A DNA stretch of 64,000 bases from Candidatus Aminicenantes bacterium (GTDB lineage Bacteria > Acidobacteriota > Aminicenantia > Aminicenantales > UBA4085). The stretch covers positions 2,785-66,784 of the forward strand of contig PLMN01000028.1 in assembly GCA_003141555.1 (NCBI GenBank), written 5' to 3'. Each line of letters starts with the position of its first letter. Position 1 is the stretch's first letter. The position numbers and the translations under genes are program-made. The notes under the pieces were generated by a model, which was not told where the DNA came from, did no database searches, and worked only from the letters and a program-made list of their open reading frames with translations. Shown piece after piece: positions 37,573 to 47,303 of this stretch.

Positions 37573-38205
37573 ATGATCCGCGTCAACCTGGTCAAGTCCG
37601 AGAAGAAGGATGTCGAGAAGCGGCCTTTCTCCGACCAGGAGGAGCAGCCCAAGGAAAAAAAGAAGAAGCCCCCCATCGGCAACCTTCTCATCGCCCTGGC
37701 GATCGTGGCCATCGCCGCCCTCGCCTTCCTCCAGAAAAAATCAATCGATTCGGAGCGCGCCCTTCTCGCTGACGCCCAGGCGGAAAAGGCCAAGCTTCAA
37801 CCCGTGGTGGCCAAGCTCGACCTGGTCGAGCAGGAGAAAGCATTCCTCGAGAAGAAGATCGACCTGATCAGCGGCCTCAAGGCCCGCCAGAGCGGCGCGG
37901 TTCGGATCATGGAGGAGGTCAGCCGCGATCTCCCCGACTGGGTCTGGTTGACGGAAGAGAACCTCCGTCCCCAGGGCCTCGAGCTCAAGGGCCGGGCCTT
38001 GTCCAACATCCAGATCTCCGACTTCATGCGGAACCTGGAGAAGAGCGGGATCTTCGACAACGTCGGGCTCCTGACCTCCGTTCAGCGCAATCAGGGCGCC
38101 AATACCTATCTCGAGTTCACGGTGACGGCCGCCATCACGCCGCCCGCGGCGCCTGCGGCCGCATCGGCGCCGGGGGCCAAGACCAAGGTAGCGGGGAACC
38201 GATGA
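37573..38205 (+). CDS. pilN: Type IV pilus assembly protein PilN
   Basis: Single N-terminal TM then coiled coil. Position in the pilMNOPQ operon. Confidence 0.7.
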   Translation: MIRVNLVKSEKKDVEKRPFSDQEEQPKEKKKKPPIGNLLIALAIVAIAALAFLQKKSIDSERALLADAQAEKAKLQPVVAKLDLVEQEKAFLEKKIDLISGLKARQSGAVRIMEEVSRDLPDWVWLTEENLRPQGLELKGRALSNIQISDFMRNLEKSGIFDNVGLLTSVQRNQGANTYLEFTVTAAITPPAAPAAASAPGAKTKVAGNR

Positions 38206-38804
38206 AAAAGCAGCCCTGGACGACCTACGCCCTCCTAGCCGCCGTCCTGGCCGGCCTGCTCTATTTCCTTTACTACAAGCCCCGGCAGGATGAGCTCTCC
38301 GGCCTCCGCGAGGAGCGCATCGGGCTCGAGGATGAGCTCGGCCAGCTCCGATCGAAGAAGCGCCAGCTCGATACGATCGAGAAAGAGCTCGCCCGGCTGG
38401 GAACGTCCCTGGCCGAGCTCGAAACGATTATCCCTCGCAAGAAGGAACAGAGCGAGATCGTCCGCAACATCCAGCAGATGGCCCTGGACACCGGGATCGA
38501 AACCGTCCTCCGCATCGCCCCGGATCGGGAAGTGAACCGGGAGTTCTACTCGGAGTGGCCCATTGCGATCGAGATCATCGGCAGCTACCATGCCCTGGGC
38601 ACGTTCTTCGACCGGATCCTGCACTTTCCGAGAATTTTCAATATCGACGATTTCTCGATCACGGCCCTTCCCAGCCAGGCGGCCGAGAGCACGATCTCCG
38701 CCCGCTTCACGGCCCGGACGTATTTCTTCATGGAGGAGAGCCAGATCAAGAAGCCCGAGGCCCCCAAGTCCAAGAAGCCCGTGAGTAGCGCCAATGAAAT
38801 CTAA
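38202..38804 (+). CDS. pilO: Type IV pilus assembly protein PilO
   Basis: N-terminal TM, coiled coil, and operon position. Confidence 0.7.
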   Translation: MKKQPWTTYALLAAVLAGLLYFLYYKPRQDELSGLREERIGLEDELGQLRSKKRQLDTIEKELARLGTSLAELETIIPRKKEQSEIVRNIQQMALDTGIETVLRIAPDREVNREFYSEWPIAIEIIGSYHALGTFFDRILHFPRIFNIDDFSITALPSQAAESTISARFTARTYFFMEESQIKKPEAPKSKKPVSSANEI

Positions 38805-39249
38805 GACCATCGCCGGATTCCTGGCGGGAGGCGCTGTCCTGGCCCTCCTTGCGGGCCCCCTGGGCGCCCAGCAAGCCTCTCCGGGGAAGAAGGAAGAGCC
38901 GGCCGCGTTCTCCTACAGCTCCGGCGGCCGGCGCGACCCATTTAAAGACCTGCTCGGCGGCCAGGAGGTGAGGGAGAAGAGGGTCATCACCGGCTTCGCC
39001 GATCTTCTCCTGGACGAGATCAAGATCATGGGCATCGTCGCCACGAAAGCCGACCGGGTGGCCATCGTCGCCCTGCCCGAGGGGTTCCCCGTTTCGGTCC
39101 ACGAAGGGGATCGGTTCGCCGAAGGCTACATCCTTTCGATCGGGGACGGGCAGGTCGTTCTGCGAAAGACGCGGGACCGGGGCATACCGCTCCAGAAGCC
39201 GCGGGACATCGTCAAGGAAATAACGCCTGAGGAGCGCCAAGATGAATAG
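38794..39249 (+). CDS. pilP: Type IV pilus assembly protein PilP (periplasmic)
   Basis: Signal peptide, about 150 aa, operon position. Confidence 0.6.
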   Translation: MKSKTIAGFLAGGAVLALLAGPLGAQQASPGKKEEPAAFSYSSGGRRDPFKDLLGGQEVREKRVITGFADLLLDEIKIMGIVATKADRVAIVALPEGFPVSVHEGDRFAEGYILSIGDGQVVLRKTRDRGIPLQKPRDIVKEITPEERQDE

Positions 39250-41491
39250 GATACTTCACCGGCTCGTTCCCGCCGTTGTGGGCCTGTCGCTCGTCCTGCC
39301 CGGCGCCGGGCTTCAGACCCCGTCTCCTCTCGCGTCGTTGACCAAGGTGTCCCTGACGCCGTCCCGGGTGAGCGTCAAGATCGTCCTCGAGCCCTCAGCC
39401 GCGGTCCCGAACATCCGGGGGGCCTACGCCCAGGACAACCCGGCCGAGCTCATCCTCGACCTCGGCCGCATCCAGCCCCCCGCGGCGCCCGCGGTCCCCG
39501 CCGGCGAGACGCTCGTCCGCGATGTCAAAATCCAGCCGGGAGCCGATTCCCGGGTTTCGCTCCTCGTGTTCCTGAAGGAACCCGTCCCCTACCGGATTTC
39601 ATCTGAATCCGGACGGACGATCATCGAGCTGGCGAGAATCCTGGCCGCGGATGAGCCCACGCTCACCCCCGAAATCCAGGCGGCGCTCGATCAAGCGAAG
39701 GACGCCGACACGCCCGTTGCCTTCGATGTCGCGGACCAGGCCGACCGGACCGACGTCACGGCCCGGCTCGGCCGGAAAGCCGTCACGAACATCTTCGCCC
39801 TGGCCAACCCCCTGAGGCTCGTCGTCGACATCTACGGCGCCGTCCTGGGGGCGCCGACGCGGACGCATCAGATCGGGATCTCCGGCATCGAACAGGTCAA
39901 GATCGGCCAGTTCAAGAGCGCGCCGGCCCCGGCCGTCACGCGCGTGGTCTTCGAGCTCGCGGGCGCCCGGCCGTACACCCTGGTCAATTCCTCGACGGGC
40001 TTCACGATTTCCGTGGCTAAGGACGCACCCGCCGCCGGCGAGCCGCAGCTTCCGGCGGGCACCCCGAAGGATCCCGCGCCCGCCCCGGCGCCGGTCCTGG
40101 CCACGATCGCCGACCCCGCCAAGATCGCGGCCGGCGATCCCCCGCTAATCCAGGACAAGACGGAGAAGAAGGCGGACGAGCCGACCGCGAAAGACGACAG
40201 GACCAAGGCCCGGACCGTCCATGACGCGCAGGAAAAGTATTCCGGCACCCTGATCAGCCCCAAATTCCTGGACGCCGACCTCAAGCAGGTCGTCCTCTGG
40301 CTGGGCGAGTTCGCCGGCTTGAACGTCGTCTTCGACCCCGAGGTCCGGGGCACGGTCACGGTCAATTTCGATTCGATCCCCTGGGATCAGTTCCTAGACA
40401 TCATCCTCAAGATCAACAACCAGGGCAAGTCCCTCGAAGGGAATGTCCTCCGGATCGCGCCCGTGAGCAAGCTGGCCGAGGAGGAAAAGGCCCAGCAAAC
40501 CTTCCGCGACGCCAAGGAGTCGTCCGGCCCCCTGACGACCAAGATCTTCACCCTGTCCTACGCGAAATCCCATGACGTCGTGGAGCTCCTGAAAAACAAG
40601 AAGTCGGCCCGGGGCGAGATCGTGACCGACGACCGGACGAACACGGTCATCGTTTCCGACGTCAAGGAAAGGATCGACCTGATGGAGAGCCTGATCGCCA
40701 CCCTGGACCAGGGGACGCCCCAGGTCCAGATCGAAACGCGCATCGTCGAGGCGACCTCGAACTTCGCCCAGAACCTCGGCATCCAATGGGGCGTCAAGGG
40801 CATTTCCGACCCGTTCTACGGCAACCAGACCTCGCTCCAGTTCCCGAACAAGATCCTCGTCGACGGGGCGATGATCCCCACGGGCACGGTCACGAAGGGC
40901 ATCGGCGGGCCGCTCGGCGGCTACGCCGTCAACCTGCCGGCCGCATCGTTCAACAGCGCCATCGGCCTGTCGTTCGCCAACGTCCTCGACACGTTCCGCC
41001 TGGACGTCGCCCTGAGCGCCCTCGAGTCGTCCGGCGAGGGCAAGATCCAGTCGACCGAGCGGATCACGACCCAGAACAATCAGGAAGGCTACGTCAACCA
41101 AGGCCGCCAGATCCCGGTCCAGACCTCGGCCAATTTCACGGTCACGACCCAGTACGTCAACGCGGGCCTGGAGCTCCGGGTCACGCCCCAGATCACGGCC
41201 GAGGGCACGATCATCATGAAGATCGAGATCAAAAACGACGCGGCCGACTTCGCCAACCTGGTCAACGGCATCCCGCCGATCACCACCCAGAGCGCCAAGA
41301 CCACGGTCACGGTGGCCGACGGCGGCACGACCGTCATCGGCGGCGTCTACCGGATCGAAGATTCGATCACCCATGACAGCGTGCCTTTTCTCCACCAGAT
41401 CCCGATTCTCGGCAACCTGTTCAAATCCTTCTCCAAGACCAAGTCAAATCGGGAGCTCCTGATCTTCATCACCCCGAGGATCCAGAAATAG
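39242..41491 (+). CDS. pilQ: Type IV pilus secretin PilQ with N-terminal AMIN-like domains
   Basis: 749 aa. C-terminal secretin core (..TNTVIVSDVKERIDLMESLIATLD.. and ..VPFLHQIPILGNLFKSFSKTKSNRELLIFITPRI). Confidence 0.85.
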   Translation: MNRILHRLVPAVVGLSLVLPGAGLQTPSPLASLTKVSLTPSRVSVKIVLEPSAAVPNIRGAYAQDNPAELILDLGRIQPPAAPAVPAGETLVRDVKIQPGADSRVSLLVFLKEPVPYRISSESGRTIIELARILAADEPTLTPEIQAALDQAKDADTPVAFDVADQADRTDVTARLGRKAVTNIFALANPLRLVVDIYGAVLGAPTRTHQIGISGIEQVKIGQFKSAPAPAVTRVVFELAGARPYTLVNSSTGFTISVAKDAPAAGEPQLPAGTPKDPAPAPAPVLATIADPAKIAAGDPPLIQDKTEKKADEPTAKDDRTKARTVHDAQEKYSGTLISPKFLDADLKQVVLWLGEFAGLNVVFDPEVRGTVTVNFDSIPWDQFLDIILKINNQGKSLEGNVLRIAPVSKLAEEEKAQQTFRDAKESSGPLTTKIFTLSYAKSHDVVELLKNKKSARGEIVTDDRTNTVIVSDVKERIDLMESLIATLDQGTPQVQIETRIVEATSNFAQNLGIQWGVKGISDPFYGNQTSLQFPNKILVDGAMIPTGTVTKGIGGPLGGYAVNLPAASFNSAIGLSFANVLDTFRLDVALSALESSGEGKIQSTERITTQNNQEGYVNQGRQIPVQTSANFTVTTQYVNAGLELRVTPQITAEGTIIMKIEIKNDAADFANLVNGIPPITTQSAKTTVTVADGGTTVIGGVYRIEDSITHDSVPFLHQIPILGNLFKSFSKTKSNRELLIFITPRIQK

Positions 41492-41503
41492 GAGGGACCA
41501 GCG

Positions 41504-42115
41504 ATGGCTAAAATCCCCACACAACGCACGCCGTGGCTGCTCGCGGCGCTCGCCGCGGGCTTCCTCCTCCTGCCGGCCTGCAACCCGGTGGAAAACACCA
41601 CCACATCGGCGACGCTCTTCCAGGTCGTCAGCCTGACCGGGAAGGACCTCGCCAACCAGGACCAGAATTTCGCCTTGTCGGACGTCCTTTACGTGGATCC
41701 CAATACCGGGGCCCAGTCCTGGGTCGCCGATGTGGCGAAGGTCACCTTCTCGGCCGAGCTCCTCGACCCCAAATCCCTCAACGGCGCGTCCGCCTACAAC
41801 GACATCACGGTGACGCGGTATGTCGTGACGTTCCAGCGCGCGGACGGGAAGAATTCCCAGGGCGTCGACGTCCCCTACTCATTCGAGGGGAACCTTTCGA
41901 TCCTCATCCCCATCGGCCAGGCGACCGCCGCGACGTTCGTCATCGTCCGCGAAATCGCCAAGCAGGAGCCGCCCCTTTTGAATCTCAAGAATGCGCTCCC
42001 GGGCGACGGACTGTATGTCACGGCCAAAGTCGATTTCTACGGCCACGACGGGGCCAACAAGACCGTCAAGGCGACGGGCTACCTGCCCGTGACCTTCGCC
42101 AACTACGCCAATTAA
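41504..42115 (+). CDS. Lipoprotein of unknown function
   Basis: Lipobox LLPAC after signal MAKIPTQRTPWLLAALAAGFLL. 203 aa. Confidence 0.5.
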   Translation: MAKIPTQRTPWLLAALAAGFLLLPACNPVENTTTSATLFQVVSLTGKDLANQDQNFALSDVLYVDPNTGAQSWVADVAKVTFSAELLDPKSLNGASAYNDITVTRYVVTFQRADGKNSQGVDVPYSFEGNLSILIPIGQATAATFVIVREIAKQEPPLLNLKNALPGDGLYVTAKVDFYGHDGANKTVKATGYLPVTFANYAN

Positions 42116-42129
42116 GGAGGACGGGAGCC

Positions 42130-42582
42130 ATGAGAGCACGAACCTTCGGCCTGACGGTCCTCCTGGCGGCCGGGCTGGCCTTCGGGCCGGCCTGCCAGCG
42201 CAGCTCCTTGAGCGAGCCGGGGCCGGTCGGCCCCTCGGCGATCTACCAGACGTTCACCCTGAGCGTCAGCACCGACGTGATCATGGCCGGGACCACCCGG
42301 ACGCCGGTCGAAGTGAAGGCCGTCGTCAAGCAGGGCAACGCGCCGGTGAAAGATGACATCGTCTATTTCACGATCACATCCGGGGTGGGATATTTCTCCG
42401 ATTTCACCACGCGCGTCGCGGTCTCCACGAATGAGAACGGCGTCGCGTCGGTCACATACCTCGGACCGCTCAAAAGCGAGATCGCGTCCGACGTGACCAC
42501 GTATTTCCGGGCCCAGCTCCAGACCGACCAGGTGGAGCCCATCTATAAGGACATCTGGGTCCACATCCTCCTCGGAAGCTAA
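42130..42582 (+). CDS. Lipoprotein of unknown function, predicted beta-rich
   Basis: ATG at 42130 with RBS AAGGAGGA. Lipobox FGPAC. The listed 349-aa ORF in this frame is a read-through artifact. Confidence 0.5.
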   Translation: MRARTFGLTVLLAAGLAFGPACQRSSLSEPGPVGPSAIYQTFTLSVSTDVIMAGTTRTPVEVKAVVKQGNAPVKDDIVYFTITSGVGYFSDFTTRVAVSTNENGVASVTYLGPLKSEIASDVTTYFRAQLQTDQVEPIYKDIWVHILLGS

Positions 42583-44720
42583 TCGAACCGGGTCACCGAC
42601 CTGCGCCCCTGGACCGCTCCCAGGATGAGCTCGAGACCCGCGTCCAGGACTTCCGGATTCTCCGCCTTCAGGATGATCTGTAGTCCTTTTTCCCCCTTGG
42701 CCGCCGAAGGCGGCGCCAGGCCCGGCCCGACCGCTTCGAGCCCGTGCCCGAAATCCCGGGCGAGGCGGACGAGCTCCCGCGCTTTCCGGGCAATCGGGCG
42801 GAGGTCCCGGCCCGGGAGGACGATCTCGGCCATGGCCGAGAAGGGAGGGTAGCCCATAAGCCGCCGGAATCCGATCTCGACCCCGAAGAAGGCTTCGTAA
42901 TCCCGGCGGGCCGCCTCGCGGACGGCATGGTGGTCCGGGGCCGACGTCTGGACGAGGGCGTCTCCGTCCGGCGCGGCGAGGCGCGTCATGCGCAGGATGG
43001 AGCGGAACGTGCGCTGGGCCGATCGGAAGTCCGGATGGGCCAATCGGACCTCGGGATTCAGGACAACCGCGCATCCCGCCCCGGGGAGATCCTGGTGGGC
43101 CAGCATCTCCGTCCCCACGAGGAGGTCGATCCGGCCCGCCGCCCACGACGCCGCGGCCTTCTCCCGGGCGGACCGAGTCCGGACGCGGTCGCTGTCGAAG
43201 CTCGCGATCCGGGCCGCGGGAAAAGCCTTCCGGAGCTCATCCTCGATCGCCTCGACGCCCACCCCGCGCGGCTCCATCACCCGGCCGCCGCATTCGGGGC
43301 AGGCTTTCTCCCGCGGGCGCGAGTCGCCGCAGTAGCGGCAGACCAGCCGTTCGTCCTTTTTATGGTACGTCAGGGCGATCTCGCAGCGCTCACACCGGGG
43401 AACATGGCCGCAGCGCGGGCAGATGAGGAACGAGGCGAACCCGCGGCGCTGGACAAAGATCAGGCTGGGCCTCCCCCGCCCGAGATTATCCCCCAGCCGT
43501 TCCATGACCCGCCGGGCGATAAGGCCGCGCTCGCCCCGGTCGTCCACGATCTCAGCCGGCCGCACCGTCCCCGGCCGCGGCAACGAGATCAGATAGCCGC
43601 CCTCCCGAGCCCGGTGGAAGGCCTCGACCGTCGGCGCGTCGGAGCCCAGGACGAGGAGGGCCCCCCGGTCCTCGGCCGCCATCCAAGCCGCCCGGCGGGC
43701 GTCGTAGGCCGGGCTTTCGGTCTGGACGTGGGATTCGTCGGATTCGTCCTCGACGACGACGAGGCCCAGGCTCTCGACCGGCGCGAAGAGCGCGGAGCGC
43801 GGGCCGAGGACGATCCGCGCTTCGCCGTCCCGGATCCTGCCCCATTCCGCCTCGCGAAGCGCGTCCGGCTGCTGGCCGTGCAGGACGGCGGCGTTCTCAC
43901 CCAGCTTTTTCTCCAAGACCTCCCGGAGCGGGTCCGCCAGGGCGAGCTCGGGGACCAGGACCAGGACCTGGCGGGACCGGGCGAGGACCTTGGGGATGAG
44001 CTGCAGACAGGCGGACAGCCTCGCCTCGGCGTCGCCGAACAGGAGCCACGGCGAAAAGCGGCCCCGGGCGAGGGCCGCGTCGGCAGCGGCCAGCGCGGAT
44101 CGGAGGGCCGGGCCGACGGAGAAGTCGAGCTCGAGCTGGGCCGGTGAGGCCGGAGGGAGCAGCCGGGCCTTCCGGACCGCGGGCACGGCTTTCTCCCGGG
44201 CTTCGAGCCAGCCCTTCTTCCTCATGCGCGAGACCACGGAAACGGGATTCTTGATCCCGGATTTCCGCCTGATATGGAGGAGCGTGTAGGCGTTCGGGCC
44301 GAGAACGTCGGCTGCCTTTTTCTCCTCCGGGGATAGGCTCCCGTCCTTGAGGGCCGCACGCCCCTCTTCCGTGAGAGCGACCTTGGTCGAGGTCCTGATC
44401 TCCCGCGAGGGCGGGAGGCAGGCCGCAAGGAGCTCGCCCCAGGACGAGCCGAAATGGAGGCCAAGGCGGCGGGTGAAGTCCACGGCGCGCGGGGGGACGA
44501 CGGGCTCGGGATCGAGGATCTCGAGGATCTCCTTCAGGACGAGGCCCTCGTCCGGCGGCCGATCGTCGACCGCGACGATGAATCCGGCCAGCGTTTTTCG
44601 CCCGAGCGGGGCCAGCGCGCGCTTCCCCACCAGGGCGTCGACCGCCAGGCGGTCGGGGACGATGTAGCGGAAGCTCCGGGCGAGAGGCAGGGGGAAGACG
44701 AGGTCGGCGAAGAGGGTCAT
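42579..44720 (-). CDS. priA: Primosomal protein N' (PriA helicase)
   Basis: MTLFADLVFPLPLARSFRYIVPDRL... 3'-DNA-binding domain, helicase motifs, and Cys-rich zinc region CPRCGHVPRCERCEIALTYH..CRYCG. Confidence 0.85.
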   Translation of the reverse strand: MTLFADLVFPLPLARSFRYIVPDRLAVDALVGKRALAPLGRKTLAGFIVAVDDRPPDEGLVLKEILEILDPEPVVPPRAVDFTRRLGLHFGSSWGELLAACLPPSREIRTSTKVALTEEGRAALKDGSLSPEEKKAADVLGPNAYTLLHIRRKSGIKNPVSVVSRMRKKGWLEAREKAVPAVRKARLLPPASPAQLELDFSVGPALRSALAAADAALARGRFSPWLLFGDAEARLSACLQLIPKVLARSRQVLVLVPELALADPLREVLEKKLGENAAVLHGQQPDALREAEWGRIRDGEARIVLGPRSALFAPVESLGLVVVEDESDESHVQTESPAYDARRAAWMAAEDRGALLVLGSDAPTVEAFHRAREGGYLISLPRPGTVRPAEIVDDRGERGLIARRVMERLGDNLGRGRPSLIFVQRRGFASFLICPRCGHVPRCERCEIALTYHKKDERLVCRYCGDSRPREKACPECGGRVMEPRGVGVEAIEDELRKAFPAARIASFDSDRVRTRSAREKAAASWAAGRIDLLVGTEMLAHQDLPGAGCAVVLNPEVRLAHPDFRSAQRTFRSILRMTRLAAPDGDALVQTSAPDHHAVREAARRDYEAFFGVEIGFRRLMGYPPFSAMAEIVLPGRDLRPIARKARELVRLARDFGHGLEAVGPGLAPPSAAKGEKGLQIILKAENPEVLDAGLELILGAVQGRRSVTRFD

Positions 44721-45478
44721 GTCCGGCCGAGATGGGCCAGGACCTGCTTCATGTCGTCCCAGACCATCTTCTTGATCTCCCGGTTGCCCTCGTTGCGGAT
44801 GAGATACGACGGATGGAACGTGGGCATGACCGGGATGCCGTTCCAATCGTAGAATCGGCCGCGGATCGACGTCATCCCCCCGAAGGCATGGGGGACGAAG
44901 AAGTCCGTGGCGACTTTGCCGAGGCTGACGAGGATCTTCGGCCGGATCGCGGCGATCTGGGCTACGAGGAACGGCGTGCAGAAGTCGATCTCGTCGCGCT
45001 GGGGAACGCGGTTGTCCGGCGGGCGGCACTTGACCATGTTGGCGATGAAGACCCGGCTCCTCTCGAGCTTCATGGCTTCGATGATCTTCGTCAGGAGCTG
45101 TCCCGCCCGGCCGACGAAAGGCCGCCCTTGAAGGTCCTCATCGCGCCCCGGGCCCTCGCCGACGAACATCAGCTCGGCCGCCGGATTGCCCTCGCCGGGC
45201 ACGGCCTGGGTGCGGCCGGCGGCCAGCCGGCATTTCCGACAGGCCAGGATCTGATCGCGGATGAGGCCGAGATCGAGGGCTGCCGTGGATTTGTCGGGCG
45301 GGACCGGCGGAGCGATCGCTGCCGGGATGGTTGGCACCGCCGGGGCCCCCGTTTTCCGGGCTTTCGCCTCCGGCTTGAAGATGAAGTCCGCGCCGATGTC
45401 GCTGAAAAACTTCAGCCGCTCCTCGAGCTCGGCCCGTTTGCGGTCAGCGTCTCCGGGCATGGGCCTTCTCGATCGCAT
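44717..45478 (-). CDS. Uracil-DNA glycosylase family 4 with ~60-aa N-terminal extension
   Basis: GEGPG motif (ELMFVGEGPGRDED), Fe-S cysteines, and C-terminal HPSYLIRN. Confidence 0.8.
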   Translation of the reverse strand: MRSRRPMPGDADRKRAELEERLKFFSDIGADFIFKPEAKARKTGAPAVPTIPAAIAPPVPPDKSTAALDLGLIRDQILACRKCRLAAGRTQAVPGEGNPAAELMFVGEGPGRDEDLQGRPFVGRAGQLLTKIIEAMKLERSRVFIANMVKCRPPDNRVPQRDEIDFCTPFLVAQIAAIRPKILVSLGKVATDFFVPHAFGGMTSIRGRFYDWNGIPVMPTFHPSYLIRNEGNREIKKMVWDDMKQVLAHLGRT

Positions 45479-46637
45479 CCCAGATTTCGCGGCTCAGCTC
45501 GCGCTTGCTCATCTTGGCCGTCGGCGCCGCGGCGCCCGCGGCGTCGATCAGCAGGGCCTGGTTGTCATCGGAGTCGAAGCCGACCCCCTCGGCCGCGACG
45601 TCGTTGGCCACCATGAAGTCCAGGTTTTTCGCTTTGACCTTGGCCAAGGCGTTCTCCCGGAGGTTTTCGGTCTCGGCGGCGAACCCGACCAGGTACTGGG
45701 TCGTCTTGCGGCCCCCGAGGGACTTCAGGATGTCCGGGGTCCGGACCAGGGCCAGGCTGTCCGGCAGGTCGGGCTTCTTGATCTTCCGGCCCGCGGGCGC
45801 GGCGAAGCGGAAATCGGCCACGGCCGCGGCCATGACGACGAAATCGGCCTGCGGAAACTCCCGCAGGACGGCCGCTTCCATCTCGGCCGCGGTTTCAACC
45901 CGGACGACCTCGGCCTTGGCCGGCGGGAAGATCGCGACCGGCCCGGTCACGAGCACGACGCGCGCCCCCCGGGCGATCGCCTCGCGGGCCATCTCGTAGC
46001 CCATCTTGCCCGACGACCGGTTCGAGAGGAACCGAACCGGATCAAGGGGCTCCCGGGTCGGACCGGCCGTGACGAGCACGGTCCGCCCCCGGAGCGACTC
46101 GCTCCGCCTCAGGAGCTCGAGGCCTCGGGCCACGATCTCCCCGGGCTCGGCCAGCCGGCCGACCCCTTCATCGCCGCAGGCCAGGTACCCCCGGCCCGGC
46201 TCCACGAACTCCACGCCCCGGGACCGGAGCTCGCGGACGTTGGCCTGCGTCTTGGGATGGAGGAACATGGCCGCGTTCATGGCGGGGGCGATCAGCACCG
46301 GCCCCTCCACGGCCAGATAAAAGGTCGAGAGGAAATCGTCGGCGATGCCGCGGGCGAACTTGGCGATGATGTTGGCCGTAGCCGGGGCCACGACCAGGAG
46401 CCCTATTTCCTTGGCCAGGGCGACATGGGCCACCGACCAGGGAAGGTCGTCGGCGAACATGTCGACGATCGCCTTGCGGCCGGAGAGCGAGCTGAACAGG
46501 AGCGGCGAGACCAGCCGGGCCGCGTTCCGGGTCATGACCGCCTGGACCTCGTGTCCCGCTTTTTGGAAGCCGCGCAGGATTTCGCAGGCTTTGTAGATGC
46601 TGACCGAGGACGTGACCCCCAATGCGATCTTGGCCAT
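45444..46637 (-). CDS. coaBC: Bifunctional phosphopantothenoylcysteine decarboxylase/phosphopantothenate-cysteine ligase
   Basis: MAKIALGVTSSVSIYKACEILRGFQKAGHEVQAVMT is the flavoprotein N-domain. C-terminal CoaB ligase domain present. Confidence 0.9.
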   Translation of the reverse strand: MAKIALGVTSSVSIYKACEILRGFQKAGHEVQAVMTRNAARLVSPLLFSSLSGRKAIVDMFADDLPWSVAHVALAKEIGLLVVAPATANIIAKFARGIADDFLSTFYLAVEGPVLIAPAMNAAMFLHPKTQANVRELRSRGVEFVEPGRGYLACGDEGVGRLAEPGEIVARGLELLRRSESLRGRTVLVTAGPTREPLDPVRFLSNRSSGKMGYEMAREAIARGARVVLVTGPVAIFPPAKAEVVRVETAAEMEAAVLREFPQADFVVMAAAVADFRFAAPAGRKIKKPDLPDSLALVRTPDILKSLGGRKTTQYLVGFAAETENLRENALAKVKAKNLDFMVANDVAAEGVGFDSDDNQALLIDAAGAAAPTAKMSKRELSREIWDAIEKAHARRR

Positions 46638-46692
46638 GGCTCTTTCCCTCGCCGGTTCCCCGCGCCCCTCATCCGCCTCGGGCCGGACGGGC

Positions 46693-47292
46693 CTAGGCTC
46701 CGAAGCTCCGGAGGATGGGCCTCACCTGGGCTTTGCGCTCCGAAAGCCGACAGCGGGACGCGAGGATGATCGACTCCAGCTCGAGCACGGCCCGGTCGAG
46801 GCGGTCGTTGATCACGATGTAATCGAACCGGTCGTAGTCCTTGATCTCCAGGCGGGCGGTTTTGAGGCGGCTTTCGACGATCGCGGGCTTGTCCTCGCCG
46901 CGCCCGGCGAGGCGGCGCTTCAGCTCCCGGAAGGCCGGGGGCAGGATGAAGACGAAGACGGCGTCGAGGTCCAGGGCCCGGACCTGCCGGGCGCCCTGGA
47001 CGTCGATATCCAGGAGCACGTCGCCGCCCTTGCCCCGGCTGGTGACCTCGCGCTTCGACGTCCCGTAGAGCTGGCCGTGGACGACGGCCCACTCGACGAA
47101 GGCGTTGCGCCGGATCTTCCGCTCGAACTCCGCCCGGTCGACGAAGTGGTAGTCCCGGCCGTCCTTCTCGGACGGGCGCCGGGGCCGGGTCGTGTGCGAC
47201 ACGGAGAAGCGGACCCCGCGCAGGTCGCGCAGGACGTGGCGGAGGATCGTCGATTTCCCGCTGCCCGACGGGCCGGTGACCACGATCAACAT
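46693..47292 (-). CDS. gmk: Guanylate kinase
   Basis: P-loop VVTGPSGSGKST plus GMP-binding region. 199 aa. Confidence 0.9.
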   Translation of the reverse strand: MLIVVTGPSGSGKSTILRHVLRDLRGVRFSVSHTTRPRRPSEKDGRDYHFVDRAEFERKIRRNAFVEWAVVHGQLYGTSKREVTSRGKGGDVLLDIDVQGARQVRALDLDAVFVFILPPAFRELKRRLAGRGEDKPAIVESRLKTARLEIKDYDRFDYIVINDRLDRAVLELESIILASRCRLSERKAQVRPILRSFGA

Positions 47293-47303
47293 AGGCGCCT
47301 CCC

